Assembly (NCBI GenBank): GCA_951406725.2
Contig: OX597815.1
Location: 105,772,001-105,836,000, forward strand
Length of the DNA: 64,000 nt
Reading direction: 5' to 3'
Source of the DNA: Octopus vulgaris
Taxonomy: Eukaryota
The translations under genes were made by a program, and so were the position numbers. Of this stretch, positions 27,190-39,054 are shown one piece after another. Positions within the stretch are counted from its first letter, which is position 1. Each line of letters starts with the position of its first letter. The notes under the pieces are model-generated. The model was not told the DNA's origin and did no database searches. It worked only from the letters and a program-made list of their open reading frames with translations.

Positions 27190-27857
27190 ATAAATGTCAG
27201 GAAGTGTGAGAGGTGAATATGTATTTATTTAACCACATGACTTCCTTAGGATTATGGCCATTTTGCAACCTTCTTTATGTATTATTAATTTCAGTGTGGA
27301 ATGCTTACAAATTTGCGTTAATATGCATGCACAGCACTAACAATTGTTTATTCATAATGTACAATTGTGTGAGGTCTTCTGACCGTTTAACCCTAATCTG
27401 AAGCTTACTGTTGTTCAATATTACTTCTTCATTTGATCTTTAAACTTCCAGTTGTCTGTTCCCAACTTAGCCATCCATTTAATTACTTTGACTAACAATT
27501 CATTTGCATTGTTTTTTTTTATATATTCTTATTTACTTTTTTAAGCTACTTATTTTATTTTTATATTTACTTTATCTACTTTAACTTCCTCTTCTTATCC
27601 CTTCTTCTTTTTAGCTGACATGAGGGATAGTCAATTCCTTTAATTTCTATCTCAAATTGTTATTTTTACTAACCAAACCAAGCTAATTTTATCTAGTTTC
27701 AGCCTTCCTTACATAATGCAAATATGTTAGCATAATTTCTTCCTCCCTAAATCAATACTACATGAAGAAGGTTGTGAAATGGCCATAATCCTAAGAATGT
27801 CACATGGTTAAATGAAAGTATATTCACCTTGCATAACTTCTGACTTTTATAGTTTAT
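27183..27857. repeat. ~100-bp imperfect inverted repeat (27183-27283 / 27754-27857) with AT-rich spacer
   Basis: The arms are reverse complements with scattered mismatches, e.g. GGATTATGGCCATTT / AAATGGCCATAATCC. Confidence 0.85.
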
Positions 27858-30741
27858 CCTCATGGAATAATTTTGGCAATCAGGTCTTCTGGATTTCAGT
27901 TGCATGGACACTCTACATTACACTTTTCTGTTTTGGATTACTATGTGGACTTTTAACCAAATCCATAAAAGGAACTTTCTGTGATAGCAACATGATTCTC
28001 TAAATCTTCATGTTATACTACTCACAGGGATAAGATTTAATATACAGTAGATGTGCAGTAAGCACTCACTCAATTTTAAATAGATTTTGTTTAATGCCTG
28101 GGCAGCTGGAAAAATTTACTCTTCTGATAACAAAGTGTTTCTCACTCAGAATGAATGAGAGTTTTATGGTACCTGCTTATGAAATGCAGTGTTACTTAGT
28201 AGATAAATGAAAGCCTTGAATGCAGGATTTGCTAAGACATTGAAATGGAGTGAGCAATACTGTACTGGTTATGCAATGCTAGTGTACTTAAACAACATGG
28301 TATTAATTATCTGAGAGAAAAACTAGATATAAGAGGAATTAGTTGTAATGTGCAAGAGAGAAGACTTCCATTGCATGAATATTTGATTCATTTGGAGACA
28401 AACAGATGTAGATGGAACATGTGGAAGACAGGGGCCAGAACAGTGAAGGTTGATTTCAGGATGCTGAGTCTCACAAAGGTGATGACAAAGGACTATGATG
28501 ATAGGTAATACACAGTACTGAAGATTCACTCACTTATGCCCATATGGCATAGCAAACATGAAAATGATGAGAGTGATGGAGGCTAAAAGGTATCATCACC
28601 ACCATCATCATCATCATCATCATCATTTAATGTCCATTTTCCATTCTGGCATGGATTGTACAGTTTGACAGGAGCTGGCCAGTTGAAGAGCTATCCAGGC
28701 TCCATGTCTGTTTTTGGTATGGTTTCTATGGCTGGACACTCTTCTTTACACCAACCACTTTACAGAGTGTACTGGATGCTTTTATGCAGCACCAGCACAG
28801 GTGCCTTTATATGACACCAGCATGGGTGCTTTTTACATAACACCAGCATTCTTGAGCCCACAAGGTTAGGATTGCTCAACTGAAGAGGGATGCAAGTGAC
28901 ATGCATGTATGCAAGGACAACCACAATTTTACTTAACTTGACACAGAAAACTGCCAGAAGTCTTGATCCCTGTGAGGTCCAACATCTGAAGATCCTTTCT
29001 CACCACTTTGTCCCATGTCCTCCTGGGTCTACCCCTTCCACACATTCACTCCACAATTAGAGATCAGCACTTCTTAAAGCGGTTGTCTTCATCCATTATA
29101 TTTATGCCTATTGTCCAGTTAAACCTTATTCTGTGCTGCTCACCTATATTTGGGCCTGTTTCCCAATATACCCCTGTTAAGCCTCCATCTATTCTTTGAT
29201 ACCCCATTTTTCTCTTTTATTCTTTTACTTGTTTCAGTCATTTGAGTGTGACCATGCTGGAGCATCGCCTTTCGTCAAGCAAATCGACCCAAGTACTTAT
29301 TCTTTGTATGCCATGTACTTATTCTATCAGTCTCTTTTGCTGAACTGCTAAGTTATGGGGACATAAACACACCAACGTCAGTTGTCAAATGTCAGTGAGG
29401 GGACAAAGACAGACATGAAAACATATGCATATATATATACGATGGGCTTCTTTCAGTTTCTGTCTACCAAATCCACTCAAAAGGCTTTTGTCAGCCCGAG
29501 GCTATAGTAGAAGGCACTAGCCCAACATGCTATGCAGTGGGACTGAATCTGGGACCATGTCATTGGGAAGCAAGCTTGTTATTACACGGCCATGCCTGCA
29601 CCTTGTCTTTCATACTTTCTTATCTCTATTACTCACCCTCCTACACTAAACTTTTAACTTGTGCACAATGCCATCATTGTTTCCTCCTATTACACTCTCA
29701 CTCTGGTCACAGTTTCCCCTTCATACTCTGCTCACCCTCTTGGTTATCTTACTTTAATCAGAGACACCATAGTGTAGTGATATCACTTCAGTCTTGTAGG
29801 ATACAAGACAACCACAGTAGGGGTGATGCCACAATAAAACACCCCCAAGACACACTGTAAAGTGGTTAGTGAACAGAGATAACATGGAGTTGAGCGGCCC
29901 CCTTTAGTCTATTCAATAGCATGACAAACTTGCAAGTATATATATATATATAGGCCTCTTTCTTCTGGTCATCTCATCATGTGGAACCTTTTATCCCAAC
30001 ACATTTTTCTCTCTCTCTCTCTCTCTCCATTTTATTTTTCCTCTCATCCCTTTCTGTCAAAGAGTGTCGGCTCAGAATGTCAAAAACTTTTCCATTTCTC
30101 CTGAGTATCAAACTAATAAAACCTACTTGTTTTTCCATCACTTATCTCCATCTTTTGTTTTCTGTACATTTGAACCATAGATGTATATATATTTAAACAC
30201 ACACACACACACACATACACATATATGTGAGTATGTGTATATAAAATGCACCCATGCTGGCACCACATAAAATGCACCTGTAAAGCGGTTGGAGTTAGGA
30301 AAACATCCACCCATAAAAACCATGCCAAAACAGACAATTGTACCCTGGTGCAACTCTCTGGCATGCCGGCTCTTGTCAAATCATCCAACCCATGCTGACA
30401 TGGAATGTGGAAAATCATGATGATGATGATGATGATGGTGTATGGTAGCCTCTCAAGTCCGAGAAACACAAATCTACAATTTCTTGTGGAACAACTTGCA
30501 CAGATTATTTGCCTCTAGTGATCATGAATTTGTACTGCACTTTAATTCACTCCCTCCATCAAAATGACATTACCTGTACAGGGGGAACGTTGTGCTGCAC
30601 ATCAGGTACTGGAGTGATTGCAGAGAAACATATCATAAGGTGTTTTGGTCAAGAGCACAACACACTACCCAGCTCAAGAATTGAACCCACTATCTTACAA
30701 TCATAAATGCAACACCCACACCCCTAGGTCATGCACTCTCA

Positions 30742-31969
30742 CAGGGGTTGGACAAAATAATGGAAACACCTTAAAATTTCAAACAAATTTATATTAGTAT
30801 TGGGTAGGACCGCTTTTGCAGTAATTACAGCTTGAATTCTACGAGGTATGGACTCATACAAAGTTTGAATTGTTTCCAAAGGAATTTTGTCCACTCTTCA
30901 GCTTAGACAGTCTCCAGTTCTTGTAGTGATGATGGTGGAGGATATTGACTCCTTACTTGTTTTTCGAAAATGCACCATAAATGTTCAATAATATTGAGAC
31001 CTGGGGACTGCGGTGGCTCTCCATTCAATAACAACTTTAGCTGTGTGAATTGGTGCATTATCATCCTGAATGATTGCATTTCCCTCTGGAAACAGTTCTG
31101 CAAACAAAGGATAAATTTGATCAGATAAAATGCTTAAATAGTCTTGACTATCAATTCTGCCATGAAGGGAAACCATTGGGCCAGTGTATTTCCAAGATGT
31201 AGCCCCCAGATCATCACAGATCCTCCTCCATGTTTCACAGTTGGAAGAAGGCAGTTTGGGTCAAATGCTTCTTTTCGATGTCTCCACGTGTATACTTGGC
31301 CAGTGGTCGGGAATATGTTAAGGATGACTCATCCGAGAAAATAATATTCTTGCACTGCTCTAGGGACTAATTCTGTAGGATTTTGCGCCACTCTAAACAC
31401 TTTGTAACCTTTGTTTTTGAAAGTAGTGGTTTTCTAATGGCAGCTCTCCCATGAAATCTGGCTTTATGCAATTCTGAGCGAACAGTTTTTATAGAAACTG
31501 GGTTCTTGAGGTGGTCATTAAGCTCTGCAGGAATATTGAGAGCTGTACTTTTGTGATCCTTTCTAACAATGCATGTAAGAGTCTGACAGTACCTATCTGA
31601 AAGTTTTGGCTTTCTTCTGCAGTTTTGTTTCGACAAGGAGGTTTTTTCCCTCTTTCTCAAAGGCTGTCATTACTTTTGAGACAGTACTTCTTGATACACT
31701 AAACATTTCAGCTGTTTTCATTATGCCAGTGCCTGCCATACGGGCACAAACAATTTGACCTTTTTGAAAGTCCAATAGTTCTGTCACTTTAAATGAATTT
31801 TAATTACCTTTTTCTGATGATATCTGAAAAGAAACAGCAATTTTAGCAAAACATATTAAGCAACACTAATAATAAATCAAAAGACATAAAAATAAACAAG
31901 CTTTTGATGGTTTTATAGATATTTCAAAATTATGATGCTAGGTGTTTCCATTATTTTGTCCAATCCCTG
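30742..31969 (-). mobile_element. Tc1-family transposon, defective, with both TIRs
   Basis: 30-bp TIR CAGGGGTTGGACAAAATAATGGAAACACCT with 1 mismatch and CA/TA flanks. Transposase fragments DFQKGQIVCARMAG, GRAAIRKPLLS, SDESS, QDDNAPIHTAK, PPQSPGLNIIEHLW. Confidence 0.95.
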
Positions 31970-32017
31970 TAGATATATATATATATATATATGATATATA
32001 CACACACACATGAATAT

Positions 32018-32288
32018 TGTTGCTGCTTTGTGTAAAAATCTAGGTAAGTGGGATCACAATCACCACTGTGACAATAAAGATGAACAATGGTTTAAACTTT
32101 GGAGCCATTTGTTTTCTATTCATACGTTATGATGTGTACGTGTACCACGTGTACATATTAGTGTACATACCCATCATAATGTGTAAGTAGAAAATAAATA
32201 GCTATGAAGTTTAAACCATTGTTCATCTTCATTGACACAGTGGTGATTGTAACCCTGCTTGCCTAGATTTCTACACGAAGCAGCAACA
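32018..32288. repeat. Long imperfect palindrome (~125-bp arms)
   Basis: TGTTGCTGCTT..ACAATCACCACTGTG..GATGAACAATGGTTTAAACTT is mirrored across a short spacer. Confidence 0.9.
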
Positions 32289-32588
32289 GTAAGAAAAACT
32301 TTGTTGGCGCATCATTACAGAAGCAGCAAAAGATCGGTTACACTGTTACAAAGTCATGTTCACAGTAATATGAAATAACCATAAAATATTCAGGGATGAC
32401 AGCAGTTTTCCGGGATATAGATGCACACAACACACAACCAGCTAGTCAGAAGACAAAACAACATGGATCCCAGAAACAAACTGGAAGTGACCCACTTCCC
32501 ACAAGTCGTAAAACTAAGACTAAATAATAATATAACAATAACTTATTGGTGGAGATAACATACATGTGTATATATGTATATATATATA

Positions 32589-32721
32589 CTTTATTTAAAG
32601 CAGCAGAAAATTCAACAAAACCTGTTACTCTGAGTTTCCCGTTGCCGTTCATCGGACAGTAACGGCAACGGGAAACTCAGAGTAACAGGTTTTGTTGAAT
32701 TTTCTGCTGCTTTAAATAAAG
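32589..32721. repeat. Perfect 61-bp inverted repeat with 11-nt spacer
   Basis: 32589-32649 is the exact reverse complement of 32661-32721. Confidence 0.97.
32622..32659 (-). ncRNA. Minimal type I hammerhead ribozyme motif (U4C core variant)
   Basis: Minus strand reads CTGT-CCGATGA-ACG GCAA CGG-GAAA-CTC A GAG-TA|ACAG: stem I CTGT/ACAG, GNRA-capped stem II, palindromic stem III and a GUA triplet. Confidence 0.7.
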
Positions 32722-32792
32722 CATATTACTCTACCACAGGTATTTGGGTACTCTTTTTTCCACCTTGTTTCACATTTATGTGTTTACTCCGG

Positions 32793-32824
<32 letters not shown>

Positions 32825-32860
32825 ACCTTCTTGGAAAAGGATGCATGGCATTCGATCATA

Positions 32861-33979
32861 TAATAATATAAATAATATATAAATATATGCATATATACAT
32901 ACATATATGTACATACCTACATATACATGCACATATGAGTACAGGACATCAAAAAAACGTTGAACACAATGAGAAGCAAAAACATAAAAACAAAAACATA
33001 GAAACAAACTTTTTTTGGAACAACAAAAAAACAAACAGAGAAACGAGACATACAACATAAAGAATATTCCCCTTCTTCAGTTGTTTCCTGTTTCATCTAC
33101 TCCACGATTCGAAGGCAAGGACAAGACGCGACTTCATTGAAACAGTCCTTCCTGCAAAGCAAATTAAATAAAATTTGGGATTTTTTGCGGAGGGTGAAAG
33201 TGGTAACAAGAACAGGACAGTGAGAACAAAACAGTAAAACAATAAAAGAATAAAAACAGTAAAAGACAGAACAATGAGAACAAAATAGTAAAAACAAATG
33301 ATGAGGGTTGTTAAGCCAAGACGATGGAAAAATTATTCTGAACGCTTAGGGAGATGAGCTTATGAAGAGACAGAATAAGCACGTTTAGTCTTTGCGAAGA
33401 TAGTAGTCAGAAAGATAGATTCCCTCTTGTCCTGTGTCAGCAACGAGAGAGTCGAGGAGGAGAAGTGAGAGAGAGGGAACAGTGAAGGGGAGAGGAGAAG
33501 CATAGGGTGGGAGAGAAAACCAGAAAGGATGAAGAACAAGAGGGGGAGAGAGATAGACAGAGAAGAGATAGTAAAGATAGAAGAGTGCGCATCGTAATTA
33601 TTAACGTAAAACTTAATAATATAAATAATATATAAATATATGCATATATACATACATATATGTACATACCTACATATATATGTATATATACATGGATACA
33701 GGACATGAGAAATAACGTTGAACACAATGAGAAACGAAAACATAGAAACAAACTTTTTTGTGGACAACGAAAAAACAAACAGAGAAACGAAACAGGCAAC
33801 ATAAAGAATATTCACCTTCTTCAGTTGTCCCTGTTTCATCTACTCCACGTTTCGTAGACAAGGACAATACGCGACGTCGTTGAAACAGTCCTTCCCACAA
33901 AGCAAATTAAATAAAATTTGGGATTTTTTGCGGAGGGTGAAAGTGGTAACAAGAACAGGACAGTGAGAACAAAGCAGTA

Positions 33980-33980
<1 letters not shown>
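32861..33980. repeat. ~370-bp direct repeat pair (32861-33237 and 33614-33980)
   Basis: Colinear copies, e.g. GCAAATTAAATAAAATTTGGGATTTTTTGCGGAGGGTGAAAGTGGTAACAAGAACAGGACAGTGAGAAC in both. Confidence 0.9.
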
Positions 33981-34010
<30 letters not shown>

Positions 34011-34035
34011 TGCATATACATATATATACACACAC

Positions 34036-34075
<40 letters not shown>

Positions 34076-34096
34076 TATATATATATATGCACACAC

Positions 34097-34127
<31 letters not shown>

Positions 34128-34159
34128 CACACATATACATATATACATATACAAAATTC

Positions 34160-34562
34160 AATGACTGGCACCCGTACCAGTGGAGTGCTAAGAGCAGCAT
34201 CCTACTGTGATCATTGCCAGAGCAGCTGACTGGCTTCCATGCCGGTAGCATGTAAAAATGCCGGTGGCGCATGAAAATACATTCGAGCAAGATCGTTGCC
34301 AGTGCCACTGGACTGGTTCCTCTGCAGGTGGCATGTAAAAAACACCATTTGAGTATGGCCGTTGCCAGTACCGCCTGACTGGCCCTTGTGCTGGTGGCAC
34401 GTAAAAGCACCCACTACACTCTCGGGGTAGTTGGCGTTAGGAAGGGCATCCAGCAGTAGAAACTCTGCCACATCAGATTGGAGCATGGTGCAGCCATCTG
34501 GTTTGCCAGTCCTCAGTCAAATCGTCCAACCCATGGAAAGCGGATGTTAAATGATGATGATG
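34160..34562 (+). mobile_element. RTE 3'-tail-derived repeat
   Basis: Tandem units, GGCGTTAGGAAGGGCATCCAG and a (GAT)n tail. Further copies at ~28600-28850(-), 30230-30435, 34813-35090(-), 36545-36745, 39300-39610, 48215-48830(-), 58165-58325, 61200-61505 and 62433-62620(-). Confidence 0.85.
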
Positions 34563-34599
34563 AATTTGCAAGGAAACACTGACCTCCTTCAAAAATAGG

Positions 34600-36400
34600 A
34601 CATGGACTCGATCGTTACAATGGGAAGTTCAAATTCTGTCCAGGTCACAGATATTGTTGGACTATGTCTAATCTCTAAAATTAGGGAAGAATACCCTAAT
34701 GTTAGTGGAGGCCTATATAGAGATGATGCCTTATTCGCCGTATCTGAATCCTCTACACAAACAACTGATAGGATTTAGGAAAAAATAAGATTTTTAAAAT
34801 TATACAAAATTATCATCATCATCATCATTTAACGTCCATTTTCCATGCTGGCATGGGTTGGATGATTTGACTGAAGACTGGTGAACCAGATGGCTGCACC
34901 AGGCTCCAATTTGATATGGCAGAGTTTCTACAGCTGGATGCCCTTCCTAACGCCAACCACTCCGGGAGTGTAGTGGGTGCTTTTACATGCCACCGGCACG
35001 AGGGCCAGTCAGGCAGTACGGGCAATGGCCACACTCAAATGGTGTTTTTTACATGCCACCTGCACAGGAGCCAGTCCAGCGGAACTGGCAAAATTAGATA
35101 TCATATTTGAAAATGTCTCTGAATGTTAACACATTCAGAGACATTTGGATAATGGCTTATTCTACTCCTATCATAAGGCTAACAAAACTATTAAGTATAT
35201 CCACACTTTATCAGATCATCCCCAAAGTGTCATTAAGGAATAATTAAAGGCGTGTCAATATGAATATCTAATTTATCTGCAAATGAAAAAAATATTTAAT
35301 GAGTTTGCACCCCTTTATAATACATCACTAAAAGACAGCAGTTTTAACAGTAAAATATACAATATTAAAAACATGATATTTAAAAACAAATTAGGCAAAC
35401 AGTTTCCAGAGTCAAGACTGTTGAAAAGGTTGCAAGATGCAACGAAAATTTTAGGAAAATAAAAATAAGAAATAAGTGAAAATTTTACTGTTGAGTGTGT
35501 TAAATTATGAGGTACTAAAAGAAAATTGACTTTCACCGGACACAACATTTTCCAAATATGAATTTTAACATTGACTCACATCCTATAAATAACATCCACC
35601 AAATATAGAAATCAACAACACTTTAGAAGACGCTATAGATTTTTCAAGTATAGCAAAAATGATATGCGGCAGAATAGGAACTATTCTGGGAGGAAACAGG
35701 AAATTGTATGGTTTACACCCCCTTTCTCCCTCCATGTAAGAAATTTCCCTAAGTTATTTTTTAGCATTATCAATAGGAACTTCTCGCCTGGTCATAAATA
35801 CCAGTCTATATTTAATAGATCTTGTCTTAAATTATCCTATTCTACCTCACCCAATCTTGGATCTATCATCGCAGCAAATAATAGACTTAAACTTAGAAAT
35901 AATGAAACCATTAGAGATAATTTAGCTGATCTTAACACGAAGAACAATGATAAGGACTTGAATATTAAAAATAGTAAGATTAAACAAAATAAAAACATGT
36001 AATTGTCATAATAGGGAATTTTGTTCTCTTAAAGGCTTCTGTTTAAGGAGAAACACCGTATATAAAGTCGAAGTCTCAACCCTAAATGAACCTAAAAAGA
36101 TTTACATAGGTAGTACTATTGACTTTAAAAGTAGATATAGGGCACATATAAACTCATTCACTAACCACGAAACAAAAAACTCAACTACACTAGTCACCTA
36201 CATCAATAGATTAAAAATGAACAACAAAGAATTTAGTATAAATTGGTCTATAATAAGGGAAGCCACACCATATAATACACACACAAAGAATTGCGATTTA
36301 TGCACAAAGGAGGCGCTCCACATAATCTGAGCCAACAGAAATAGTTTAGTCAATAAAATATCTGACGTTATAATTACCAGTAGACACAAATATATTTCAA
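34600..36400 (+). mobile_element. Degenerate Penelope-like element (Naiad-type RT plus GIY-YIG endonuclease), interrupted by an RTE-tail repeat at 34813-35090
   Basis: MGSSNSVQVTDIVGL, GGLYRDDAL, PYHKANKTIKYIHTLSDHP, IVWFTPPFS, IFNRSCLKLSYS, CNCHNREFCSLKGFC, VYKVEV..IYIGST..FKSRYRAHINSF and NCDLCTKEA. Confidence 0.9.
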
Positions 36401-37369
36401 TGTTTAAATTTTTTTTTAAATAATTAAACTATAGGATTCTAATTTTGCCTTACCACTGTCCCGCTATACCTCTAATTTTTCATCAACTGGCACAAAGCCA
36501 CCACTACCCTCATTACTACTTCCTCCTCTCAGCTGAGAGGGTTTTCGTATTGCATGTTACTCAGTGACCCTGTTGGTGTTGGTGCTACATAAGAAACACC
36601 CACTACATGCTGAATAGCAGTTGATATTAAGAAGGGCATCCAGCCATAGAAACCATGCCAAAACAGACATTAGAGCCTGGTGCAGCTCCTGTCAAACCAT
36701 CCAACCCATGCCGGCATGGAAAATGGACATTAATTGATGATGATAATATATATACAACAAGCTTTGGTCAAATTGAGATAAAAGTAGGAGACACTTGCCA
36801 TGGTACCATGCAGTGGTTCAGAAACAAACTTTTTAAACACCATCCATATTCACTCTAACACAGCTTATAGAACAAGCAAAAGAATAAAAGCTTCCTCTCT
36901 GTTACACAACAGCTGCAAAAAGGTGTTCAACAGCACAAAGATGAACACAGTGCTGAAACTCCTGGAAATGCAAGGAGTAACATGAGGCGATTTGAGAACA
37001 AAGCGGCGTGAACAACATGATCACAGAATACAAGTTCTGCTGAGCTGATGATGTCACAAGGTTCACAGACTACATGCGGACCTATGCAGTTCCTAAGTGA
37101 TATCCACTCAGAAGGCCACCATAATGATTGGAAGACAATTGACTAAAACAATTTGGGTCAAGATGTAAAAGAATGGTGCAGTCAAGAAAGAATTGAAAGC
37201 CCATTGTGATCACATCGTGGCTGTGTGTTTAAGAAGTTAAGTTTGCTTCCCAACCAAATGGTTTTGGGTTCAATTCTACTGTATGGCATCTTAAGTGTCT
37301 TTTGCATCCCCAGGTTATAATAATTTTATATCTACCTTCCCTGATGGTATGTATATATATATATACACA

Positions 37370-38831
37370 CAGGGTGGGGCAGAGAGGATGGACATTTTTG
37401 AAAACTTCACTGAATCAAATTTTATTGACATCAATGTGTTTGTATTGAATTAGCATTTGTCAAAATCAAGGGGCTTCAGAGTGTAGTGTCCCTGCCTTCC
37501 TGAGCTAGTTTTCCACCACATTTCTTAAAAATTGTGGTAGAGGCCTTGGTCTCAAGATCACTCAAGTCTAGAAACTAAGATTGGGGGGAAGTAGGGCATG
37601 CTCCCCATAGAAAATCCAGCTCCAAAAAAGCCTCATGATAGCAAAGGAGAATGGGCACCAACCAGCCCAAAGGTTGGGGTGGACTACATCTGCCTACCTT
37701 TGTTGCTATGGCACTGAGGTAGATCCGGCCACCCCTGTTAACAGGGGCAAAACCCAAAGTTAAAACAATGGATGATGATGATGTGGAAAACAACATCCAT
37801 CATGTGGTGTCCATTTTCACATGTATTTCTGAAGGCATTCCTGGAAGTTGGCCTCCTCACTCCAGCATTGCTCTATCAATTTGGGCAACTTCCACGTGAA
37901 TAGCTTCTTTCAAATCATCCATTGTACAGGGCTTATGCACATACACACATACCTTGAGGTGTCCCCACAAGAAATAATCATGCATGTACAAATCAGGGGA
38001 CAGTATGGGGAGGGAATGTCAGCAAACCACACATGTTAAATGGACACATGTTTTCGTCGTAATTCAGGCACAAAGTTGTTTATCATCTCGTAATGCTCGG
38101 AGTTCACAGTATCAGCATTTTCATCATTGTCTTCAAAAAAATAAGGACCATTGACAGCAGGTTTTCCAACAGACTGTAACTTTTGGGTTGTGGTGTGGTC
38201 TTTTGTGCAGTTCTCTCAGATTTTAAAGAGCCCGATAACAACAGTTCTATTTATTCACTATACCACTGAGATGAAAATGAGCTTCATCACTCATTTGCCT
38301 CAAAAATTGCTTCTATCTGTTGTGTGAAGTTAAGCCATTGTGCATAGTCCCATGGTTGCAACTGTTGCCGAATGACTAATTTGTGTGGATGGAAATGCCG
38401 GTCTTCATGCACACTATGCCTTATCAATCAATTACTGATGCAAAATTCAGTGGAATGCCTCCTAGCAGAACGATTTGGACTCCATATCAAAGCTTGTCTG
38501 ACACATTCCACATTTTCCAGGGTCCGTACTGTTCATGGTACTCCCACCAGTGTCCTATCCATTAGTGTACGAAGTGCATTCACCCAACATAAGGTTGTGT
38601 TACAGGCAGGGACAGCCTGATTTTGGTGAATGCTAAAGTGGCACTGATACTCATGCTGAACTGTTGTGACAGACTCATTATTCTTCATGTAATTGTCATA
38701 GGCAAACACATGATGCTCTATCATCCACAGTGCCATGGCTTCACCTGAAAAAAAAATGCTAAGACATGTCCCTCCCATCGGGGTTGAGTAATAGCCATTT
38801 CAAAAATGTCCGTTCTCTCTGCCACACCCTG
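37370..38831 (-). mobile_element. Defective Tc1/mariner-superfamily element (DUF4817-type, DDxD) with nested insertion
   Basis: 34-bp TIRs CAGGGTG(G/T)GGCAGAGAG..GGACATTTTTGAAA with 3 mismatches. Fragments ESVTTVQHEYQCHF, SPNRSARRH, MSDEAHFHLSG, GPYFFED and DYFLWGHLK. Confidence 0.9.
37469..37782 (+). mobile_element. Short retroposon with a second RTE-family tail, nested in the DNA transposon
   Basis: The 3' part GTTGCTATGGCACTGAGGTAGATCC..GGGGCAAAACCC matches the end of the RTE fragment at 40481-40535, and it ends in (GAT)n. Confidence 0.65.
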
Positions 38832-38959
38832 CATATATATATTTATGTGTATGTTAACAAAGCAAATTTGAATTAAGTTATTAAAATGATTTTCCAGTCT
38901 TTGAAAATAGACCCTAAATGAAGACAAATCTTTTGTAAAATGTCACAATGCAATTTCAG

Positions 38960-39054
38960 GTGAAAAGTCAAAACTAGAAGATGATTTAAAGAAATCATTG
39001 ATGGAGCTGAAAGAGTCACAGGAAAAAGAATTAAACTTAAAACGAGACTTAAAT
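38960..39054 (+). CDS. CCDC171: CCDC171-like exon: (G)EKSKLEDDLKKSLMELKESQEKELNLKRDLN
   Basis: TTTCAG acceptor and GTAGGA donor. Phase 1 in, phase 0 out, with a heptad pattern. Confidence 0.8.

Noticed and set aside
33360-34486. Many 60-170 aa ORFs (YIYI, VCVC, ERER, NNNN types) here and throughout the window
   Set aside because: They are translations of microsatellites and SINE/UTR repeats.
36328-36330. In-frame TGA in the Naiad-like endonuclease region as possible selenocysteine
   Set aside because: It is not at a conserved Cys position, the element has many other stops and frameshifts, and no SECIS was seen. TGG>TGA decay is more likely.
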